This document shows positions 54,891 to 64,000 of a stretch of DNA of 64,000 nt, piece after piece. The stretch is from the human T2T-CHM13v2.0 reference genome, Homo sapiens. The first letter of the stretch is position 1, and each line of letters opens with the position of its first letter. The stretch is taken from NCBI RefSeq assembly GCF_009914755.1, contig NC_060932.1, one strand, 5' to 3'. A program made the position numbers and the translations under genes. The notes beneath the pieces were generated by a model. It saw nothing but the letters and a program-made list of their open reading frames with translations, was not told the DNA's origin and did not search any database.

Positions 54891-55229
54891 TCTAGTGCAT
54901 GTTCTTGAATGGTGATTTTTTTTCCTGATGCATATAAATGCAGAGGCAGCATGATTCTCGATTTAGGCTTTGAATTTTTATAAGAGAATATCAAAATACA
55001 TTTAGCTCCAATGATCCTTTTATATGACTTACTGGATTTTTGTTTTATCTGATTACAAAATAATACATGTTCATTAAAACACTTTAGAAGTCCCATCATG
55101 CAAGATTACTACTAAAAACCAAGATATATTTACTTTTATTTAAATATGTACAGTGTTTTACAAAATTGGGATGAATCATGATGTGCATGTATAATTTTGA
55201 ATCCTCCTTTGGTCACTTAATGTCAGCAA

Positions 55230-55470
55230 GCTAGCACAATGGAAAAAGAAAAAGAAAGAAGCCAGAATGCCTGGGTTCAAATCTGTCCCTATCATTAATA
55301 TCTATGTGACCTTGAACAAGTTATAGAAATCTCGCCATGTCTCAATGACTTAGTATGTGAGAAGAGTATAATGATGGTACTAGATTTACAGAGGGTATGT
55401 GAGGATTAAATAAGATTAAATTACATATTTAGTGTGGTACATTTCATATAGTACAAGCTCAATATTGCAC
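55230..55470 (+). mobile_element. MIR
   Basis: tgcctgggttcaaatct...tgtgaccttgaacaagtta...gtgaggattaaataagat. Confidence 0.85.
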
Positions 55471-55529
55471 AGGTTGAATCTCAGATGCTAATGGCTGTTC
55501 AAGAGTACCCACTGGTAGATATCTCTTGT

Positions 55530-55700
55530 TATGGCAGATGGTCCTGGGCATTGTAATATACCCTGCATTATCCCTGCCCTCTATGCACTAGATACCTGTA
55601 GTACCCTCATCTTTACAACCAAAAATGTCTCTAGACATTGCCAAATCTCCCATGGGGGACACAACCACCTCACAGTCACCTCATGTGAACACCACTGCTG
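55530..55700. mobile_element. MER20 fragment (hAT-Charlie)
   Basis: cactagatacctgtag...acaaccaaaaatgtctctagacattgccaaat. Confidence 0.85.
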
Positions 55701-56610
55701 CATTGTATTTCATTATATAGTTATACCATAGTCCATTTTAATCCACTTCATTGTTGTGTAGCTAGAATGTATACAACATTGTTAGATGACAGTGGTATTG
55801 CAGTATCGTTATGCTTTTCCAAGTTTAATGATAATTCCTTTTGTATTTCACCATCACCTGTAAGATTGAACTTTTCATTTGTGATAAACGATATTATATC
55901 AAGTTTTATTAAACTTTTATGAAGATATTTTACAAACAAATGGCATTTTATCAAATGTCACTGAGGCATCAACTCAAATTTTCTCTGCCTCACTTATTCC
56001 TGGATTGTATTAATAGAATTCCTAACATTAAGTGGTTCTTACATTCTTGAGAAATGCCTAACTGCATGTGGTATAGTATTCTTTTCTTAATAGCAATGGA
56101 TGGCATTTAAGGATTTTTATTCTCATTTCATAAAAGAAATTAAACCATTATTTACTTTTCTTTTATGATAGGATTATGTTAGATTCACAAAATGATTTTG
56201 AAAGTTTTCCACTTTTATATATGATTAGAAATTGTTAATTTCTCCCTAAAAATTATGTTTCTTGAAATTTAGTCAACTGAATTATAAGAAGCCATGAGCA
56301 TTTTTCAAAAGGTAATTCTTCAGCAATTTTTTCTTGCAATTTCTTCAAACAATATGAGTTTTCTATTTGTAAGTCAATTTGGTGATTAATATCTTCCTAC
56401 AAAATTATGTCCTGTGATCAAAATTTTTTTAAAGTTTAGAATATTATATGTCAATATCATGAAACATGCTGTATTTTCAGTATCTGCAGCTATGTTCACT
56501 TTCTAATATCTAAGGTTTTGTATTATTCTATTTTTGTATTAAATATTTGTATTATTATTGTATTAAATATTTTGTATTTTTATTGTCATATTATTATAAT
56601 TTTATATAAT

Positions 56611-56661
56611 CGCCATTATTTTTAATGGCAAAACCCACAATTACTGTGGCAGCAACCTAAT
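56611..56661. mobile_element. MADE1 mariner MITE fragment
   Basis: gccattatttttaatggcaaaacccacaattactgtggcagcaacctaat. Confidence 0.8.
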
Positions 56662-58121
56662 GTATTTGTTTTTTCCTTTTTCCTGTTAGACTTTCTAGGT
56701 CTTTCTACTGCTATTTGAATTCAAGAATAGCTCTCCTGTTTTTTTCCCTTTATGTTCAGTTTCTTTGTTGCCTATTAAAATATTTTAATTATTTCATTTT
56801 ATTGTAATCATACAAGCATTTAGCCTATGAATTTTCCCTTTTGTATAGCTTTTACTTTACCCCATAAAAGCCTTTATATAAACTATTCTTATTGTTGTTA
56901 CTTTATAGTCTACATTTCTTCTTTGACCTAACAATTAAGCTGAGAAGTTTTTAGTTTCTAAGATCTCAGATCTGCCTTATTTAAAACTTTTTTTATTGTT
57001 ATCTATGCTTTATTTGTGGTCAGTGAACATGTTCTACATAAACACTGATTTTTAGTACTTACTAAACTTTTAAGTTTTTTCACTGTTCTAAGAATAGTTG
57101 AAAGGAAGGTTTATGATGTCTTCATAGAGTTAAACTTTGTTATCCATTTTATCAAATAAAAGTTACTAATTCCACTGTCCACATACCTCACACCTTCATT
57201 TTTTGCCCACCTCATCTGCTATGTTCTGAGAAAAATATATTGCCATCCCTCCACAAATATTTTTTGTTATTTTCTCCTTATATTTTCTAATGCTTTCTCT
57301 TTAAATATTTTAATATTCAATGATTTGACATCATCTACTGTTTCATTTATGACTGCTACATTTTTATTCTGGATTTTTATTTCATCAATATTACATAATA
57401 CTCTCTGTGCTTCAAATTCTATTGTTGTTATATTAATATTGTCACTACTACAATTTGTATGTCTTTTCCTGATATTTTTCACCCAGCCTTTATTTATCGT
57501 TTTCTGTTGATCACTGTAGATTAGATTTATATCTTGTAAATGGCATGTAGTTGACATTTATTATTTGACCTAATCTAAGAGTCTTTGTATTTCAATGGAA
57601 AGGTTGACCCTTTTACTTTTTTGTCATAAATTTTACATCTAGACTTAATACTGTCACTTCATTTTAGTATTTCTGTCCCTGGAACTTCCTCAACTTTTCT
57701 GATTTTCTTGACTTGTTTTTACGTTGTAATTTTCCTTCTTTTTAAAATTCCTATTTAGTAGAGAGAACATAAATTATTTTCTTCATGTATTTTCCCCTCT
57801 TACAGCCTGGATGGTAGAAAACATTTTAAACTCTTAGTGGTCCTTCTGAGTTTTAGAAAATAATTCTTGAGCTTTGTTTTTCTAATAATCAATGTCAAAA
57901 ATAAACAGTACCTATTAACTTATCCCTGTAAGATGAGGAAACCAGTATGCTTTTAATGCCTTCAAATCTTCTTTCACCCCATTCTTGGAATAAAATGTGT
58001 TTTTTGTTTTTTCACTTTTGAGAATGACTTTTTACTTTCCATTTTACTTTGTAGCTATGTTAACAAGAATTATTTAGATTTTACTCCATAGTTAACTGAT
58101 CTCAGTGCTTACCACACAAGC

Positions 58122-58440
58122 TTTTTGGGTTTTTTGTTTATTTGTTTGTTTGGTTTTGGAGACAGAATCTCACACTGTCACCCAGGCTGGAGTGCAGCAG
58201 TGTGATTTGGGCTCTTGGCAACCTCCACCTCCCGGGTTCAAGCCATTCTCGTGCCTCAGCCTCTGGAGTAGCTGGAATTACAGGCACGCGTCACCATGCC
58301 TGGCTAATTTTTGTATATTTAGTAGAGACGGAGTGTCGCCGCATTGGTCAGGCTAGTCTTGAACTCCTGATCTCAAGTGATCTGCCTGCCTCGACCTCCC
58401 AAAGTGCTGCCATTACAGGCATGAGCCACCGTGCCCAGCC
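58122..58440 (-). mobile_element. Alu (AluSx/Sz-like)
   Basis: Full antisense Alu; TSD caagcttttt. Confidence 0.97.
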
Positions 58441-58664
58441 CCAAGCTTTTTCTTTGGTAACTTCCTTGTGCTTAAATTCTTCATTCTTTACGTGTCTCTA
58501 TTAACTGGAATATATTCCAGTACTTTTTCTCAAGAAGGAAATAGAATTGTTCTACATTCTGGACTCTTATGTTTCCGAAATTGTGTTTCTCTTGTGTTGA
58601 TAGCCTGACTAAATTTTAAAAATACTTGAATCATGATTATTTTCCCTCAAAGTCTGTAGCTCTT

Positions 58665-59070
58665 TATAGGAAGGCAAGCTACATGCGGTAACAAACAACC
58701 TCGGAATCGCAGTGGCTTAACACTTGTCAAAGTCCATTTTGGGGAACAGAAGGCAGCCTTCTGCGACAAGACTTAGGAACCCAGGCTCTTTTCATTTTTA
58801 CCTGGTCTTCTGCTCTGCCTTCAGCATCTGGCTGATCAATGAACAGAGAAAATGAAAGGAAGAAAGGAGGAGAATAGTAGATCTCATAGCAGATTTTAGG
58901 GGCCAGGCCAGAAGGGGCATGGGTGGCTTCTGCCCTCAGATCATCAGACAGAACTAGTTACAGGGCCACTTACATGCCAGCGGGCTGGGAAATGTCTTCC
59001 TGTGTTCCCAGACAGAAAAGGAAATGGTTTGATGAATACGAAGCCCTGTCTGGGCCACAGAATTACCCTA
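58665..59070 (-). mobile_element. MLT1H/I-type LTR
   Basis: gcggtaacaaacaacctcggaatcgcagtggcttaac...ttagggggccaggccagaag...ggctgggaaatgt. Confidence 0.7.
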
Positions 59071-61539
59071 CTGTCCTGTATTTGCAGAGAAGCTGGAAGA
59101 TATTTTAATTTTAATTTTTGTAACTACATAGTCAAACTATTTGTTTCTATTTTTTTCCATCTTTGCAATTCAAAAATTTAGCGAGGATGTGTGTTGATGC
59201 CGTTCCCTTTAAATTTATTTTGCCTGCGTATTTAGGCCAATTTGCAATATACATTTTCTTCCATTTTGACTTTGTTCTTTCTGTATAAATTGTTCTGGAT
59301 TATTCATCAGCAACACTTATGATTCCTACATTGTATCTCCTTCTCCCTTCTCCATTCCCATTATCTTCCCATCACCTTCATCTCTTTATTTTTTCCCCTC
59401 TGAATATAAGAAGAATTTGTTCTTCTCATCAATAACTGGAGTGTTAGCAGTGTTAACTCCTGCTTTACTACCTGCCATATGAATTTTATTTATTCTATTG
59501 CATTAAGGGATCCTTCAGTTTTATTCCTATTTCATCCATCTTCTTTTCAATCTGCTTTCACCTCAACCCATTTTCTTCCTTAATGTTTCTATTTCTCTTG
59601 GTATTTTTTTCTTGGATCCTTGATAACATTTTTTCTCTTCTGTTAATTCATTTCCAAACATGACATACACCACCTATACCAGTGGTGGCTAACAGGCAGG
59701 ACATGTGGTTTGCCCTGGGCCTTGCACATTTTGGAGTTGAGTAGGGTGGCAGAGAGTTTTGACACACATACCAATGGTAAGACTCACCCTTTCATGTCCT
59801 ATCAGTACTCAGCAGAGCAGCATGTAGCCCAGACTTAGAGAGATCGAGAATATTCTGATATGAGTCATGCCATAGCATGCACTGGTATCCTGGACAGAAG
59901 CACAAATGCTGCGCTGCTTAAAGGCTAGGCATCAGCCAGTCAACACTTGGGCATTTGTAGAAGCCTCTTCTTAGGTATAGCTACAGGTATGTGTGCAACA
60001 TCTACCCAACTTCCAGGGCCCCCAGACCATTGAGATGGAAGGTTCCCAGAGTCTCAGAAGGTAACCAAGAGACTTTCTCAGGATCCAAGCCGATTTTCCC
60101 CAAGAGTATCCTCCTGCAAGTTCAGCAGAGAGGAGTGTCATAGCTACCCTGGCCAACAGTGCACATCTCTGTGAGCCAAAGGCGACCTTCACTGGGTGCT
60201 CCTGTAGCAGCACCACACATGGTTGTCCTGCATCTTATTGATTATGTATCAAGAAATAGACTTAAAAGGAGAATTTAATGTTATTAAAATCTGGGTTCAC
60301 TCCCCACACTTAATATTTTTCTGTCTCCATTTTAACTTGCCCGGTAAAGCCAAAACTTAATTTTCTTCTGGTTCCTGGATGCTAAACAAATAGCTACTTT
60401 ATTAACACATTGTTGAATACATGAATGAGTGAGCGAGTGAATGATTTTAGGAAACAAACCAACAACTAAACCATGACTGCCTGAGTGAAATGATCAGAAT
60501 AAGCTCCCCTTGGTTTCTTTTCTTGCTTGGAAGAAGGAATCAGGAAGGCTACTCAGAGACACCTCCTGAGTACCCTCCCAGCTAGAGCATGTGGGAAGCT
60601 TGGCCAACCACCCCCTGCCTGCAACCCCAGCCCTTCTCCTAGCCACTGCTGGCCACAGCTGCTGCCAACTCTAAGACTCCACGCAGACAGCAGCTGCAGC
60701 CACCACCACTCCACACAGATCTGCCTTGTCCAGCTTCCCAGGGCTGAGGCTCCCTGTCCCTTCCCACACTAGTTATAGCCAGAGATCTTTCTCCTGGGTC
60801 TTATCCATCTTTCTTTCTAGGGGAGAGAGGGCAGGGGGCACAAGAAGTGGGACTTGCTGCAGATATTGACACTTCCAGGTGTAGAAACACAAAGAACAAA
60901 GGAAAGATTGGGGTCAGGATCAGAGACTCACCACGAAGAATGGTGTGTTCTGTAAAAATGGCAGACTGTCAGCCCCTGAGCTTGTGGATCTGACAGGTAA
61001 ATATGTGATCAAGGCGCCAAGGTGACATGGTGACAGGTGCCTCTGACATAAACACAAGCCAGAATGTAATGAGGACGTTGCCAAACCACCAGCAAAGTGC
61101 CGGGCAAGATGCTCTACACAATACAAACTGAAGATCAGAGGGGCAGCCCTCATTCCTGATCAAGGTTAACTCTGTACAGGGTCAGTTAATGAGTCCAAAG
61201 GGCTAGGGAGGATGGCAGTTTCTGAGCTGATGGGAGAAGCTCTGACGGGGAGCAGAAGAACTGACAGGTAGCCCCGGGTCTTCCACTAACTAGCTGTGCC
61301 ATCTCAGACCAGTGTTAACCTCCTGAGGCCTTGATATATTATCCCATGAAATGGGATAGCCAAATTTGTTCTTTTTTTTCATTAATTCTCACCAAGTCCT
61401 GTTGCATCTGCAACCCCCACAACTCACATTTGGAGCTACTTAACCCACAAATGGACCCTTGACCAGGGCTAGCAACCAACTATGTCTTCAGTTAGTGTCA
61501 GTTTAAGGGTCCTAACTTAACAACACTTGTGATAACATA

Positions 61540-61740
61540 ACAACAACTGTGATGCTGGCACTGGTCTAACGGCTTGACATATAAAATAAATTAATCCTCA
61601 GAACACTGTGCTGAGGTATGTACTGTCATTATTTCCACTGGAGGATACTGAGGAGCAGAGATGTTGGGTAACCAGCCCAAGGTCACACACTAGCAGGCAA
61701 CAGAGCCACGCTATACCACACTGGCTCTGTGCTCTGGAGA
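61540..61740 (-). mobile_element. MIR
   Basis: ttaatcctcagaacactgtgctgaggta...gcccaaggtcacacactagc. Confidence 0.75.
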
Positions 61741-62339
61741 CTCAGCTGAAGTCAGACTTTCTGATAATCCAGCTCTCGCTTTGGGCCAAAGTGTCATTCC
61801 TATTCTTCTGGCTTCCATTGAAAACCACATTCCTACCTTCTACTCCACGTGCAGTAGTTGAATTCCATCCTTATTCCCTCCGGCTGGGACTGTGTATTTC
61901 TTATGTCCCTGGGACCCCTATTCCTCCGAAACTAGGATCCCCTTTTTCCTTTATTGGTTATGCACCCCACCCCATACCTTATTCAAGGACTGGAGTCCCA
62001 TATCAACTGAAGCTGTTCCCTGTGGTCCACCTCTGTTATACTGACAGCATCCCCGGGCTGGAAACTGCTCCAGGCGGTGGTTCCATCTAATTCATCCTCA
62101 CTTGTGGGGCTAGTTCAGCATGGCCCAGGTCAGGGGCTCAGGTGAACCAGCTCAACTGGCTTCCTCCTCGATGGCTCCCCTACCTGTGAACATCCCCCTA
62201 ATGTTGGCGGCGCACCTGGCCACCACCTGTGACTAGCTGTACACAGAGGAGCTTTCTATCCAAACAGTAGGCAGAAGTCAGGCTTTGGGGACAGACACCT
62301 CTACTTGGGAATCATGTCTCTTCTGTTTCATCTATTCTT

Positions 62340-62475
62340 TTGTGCTTTATACATTTTGGAGGTAAAGTTTACATATAAGATGAATAGTTCTTAACAGGTA
62401 CAATTCAACGAGCTTTGCCAAATAGATACAGCCATGTGACTAACAGCCCAGTCAAGACATAGAACATCTCAATAT
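62340..62475 (-). mobile_element. Old L1M 3' end fragment
   Basis: tacaattcaacgagctttgccaaatagatacagccatgtgac...tcaagacatagaacat. Confidence 0.7.
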
Positions 62476-62476
62476 T

Positions 62477-64000
62477 CCTGGGCAAGAGGGTTGAATAGGA
62501 ACAGCTCCAATCTGCAGCTCCCAGTGAGACCAACACAGAAGGCAGGGCATTTCTGCATTTACAATGGAGGTACCTGGTTCATCTCATTGGGACTGGTTAG
62601 ACAGTGGGTGCAGCCCACAGTGGGTGAGCAGAATCAGGGTGGGGCGTCACCTCACCCAGGAAGCTCAAGGGGTTGAGGAACTCCCTCCCCTAGCCAAGGG
62701 AAGCCACAAGGGACTGTGCCATGAGGGACGGTGCTATCTAGCCCAGATACTATGCTTTTCCCATGGTCTTCACAACCCACAGACCAGGAGATTCCCTGGG
62801 GTGTCTATACCACCAGGACCCTGGGTTTCAACTACAAAACTGGGCGGCCATTTGGGTAGACACTGAGCTAGCTGCAGGAGTTTTTTTTTCATACTCCAGT
62901 GGCACCTAGAATGCCAGCAAGACAGAACCATTCACTCCCCTGGAAAGGGGCCCAAAGCCAGGAAGCCAAGTGGTCTAGCTCAGTGGATCCCACCCCCATA
63001 GAGCCTAGCAAGCCAAAATCCACTGGCTTGAAATTCTCGCTGCCAGCACAGCAGACTGAAGTTGATCTGGGATGCTCAAGCTTGGTGGGGGAGGGGCATC
63101 CACCATTACTGAGGCTTGAGTATGCGGTTTTCCCCTCACAGTGTAAACAAAGCTCCCGGGAAGTTCGGACTGGGCAGAGCCCACCGTAGTGCCACAAAGT
63201 CTCTGTAACCAGACTGCCTCTCTAGATTCCTCCTCTCTGGGCAGGGCATCTCTGAAAGAAAGGCAGCAGCCCCAGTCAGGGGCTTATAGATAAAATTCCC
63301 ATCTCCCTGGGAGAGAGCACCTGGGAGAAGGGGCACCTGTAGGCACAGCTACAGTAGATTTAAACATTCCTGCCTGCCGGCTCTGAAGAGAGCAGTGGAT
63401 CTCCCAGCACAGTGCTTGAGTTATGCTAAAGGACAAACTGCCTCCTCAAGTGGGTCCCTGACCCCCATGCCTCCTGACTGGGAGACACCTCCCAGCAGTG
63501 GTCGACAGACATCTCATACAGGAAAGCTCTGGCTGGCATCTGGCGGGTGCCCCTCTGGGATGAAGCTTCCAGAGGAAGGAGCAGGCAGCAATCTTTGCAG
63601 TTCTGCATGCTCCACTGGTGATACCCAGTCAAACACGGTCTGAAGTGGACCTCCAGCAAACTCCAACAGACCTGCAGAAGAGGGGCATGACTGTTAGAAG
63701 GAAAAGTAACAAACAGAAAGCAATAGCATCAACATCAACAAAAAGGACGACCACGCAAAAACCTCATCCAAAGGTCACCAACATCAACGACCAAAGGTAA
63801 ATAAATCCATGAAGATGAGGAAAAACCCATGCAAAAAGGTCGAAAATTCCAAAAACCAGAATGCCTCTTCCCTCCAGAGGATCATAACTCCTCATCAGCA
63901 CGGGAACAAAACTGGACAGAGAATGAGTTTGATGAATTAACAGAAGTAGCCTTCAGAAAGTGGGTAATAACAAACTCCTCCAAGCTAAAGGAGCATGTTC
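62477..64000 (+). mobile_element. L1PA7/8-like LINE-1 5'UTR and ORF1 start (runs off the window)
   Basis: gaataggaacagctccaatctgcagctcccag 5' end; ORF1 ATG at 63815 MRKNPCKKVENSKNQNAS, then frameshift, then ..EQNWTENEFDELTEV. Confidence 0.95.

Larger units (their letters stand above)
55700..59650 (-). mobile_element. Decayed old L1M/HAL1-like LINE with nested MADE1, Alu and MLT1
   Basis: T-rich antisense L1 landmarks (gcctatgaattttccc..tatagcttt..ccccataaa at about 56820; tttatatcttgtaaatggcatgtagttg at about 57530). Confidence 0.6.

Overview
Primate (human-like) non-coding genomic DNA, GC in the low 40s percent, with no CpG island and no protein-coding exon I can support. It is either a large intron or intergenic. 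More than half is recognisable transposable-element debris: nine Alus (AluJ/AluS types), L1s of several ages (L1PB-like, L1PA15/16-like, L1MC, L1ME/HAL1-like, and an L1PA7/8-like 5' end running off the right edge), L2, MIR, a fragmented CR1/L3, ERV1 LTRs (MER34/39-group, MER50, MER66), an ERVL internal remnant with an LTR16-type LTR, MaLR LTRs (MLT1, MST) and DNA transposons (MER3, MER5A, MER20, MADE1/2, MER75B, an old hAT). The only ORF-track entries with recognisable protein similarity are decayed TE proteins. Repeat-poor, motif-rich sequence lies at about 36.9-44.5 kb and 47.2-54 kb. The best leads are a young 58/60-bp fold-back inverted duplication (26899-27046), a candidate 12-nt minus-strand microexon (37382-37393), readable CR1 ORF2 and hAT transposase fossils that the ORF track misses, two L1s broken at the same ORF2 position, and a dispersed 61-bp duplicate. 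I did not find convincing evidence of a new multi-gene system. Subfamily names come from my memory of consensus sequences and boundaries are approximate unless stated.
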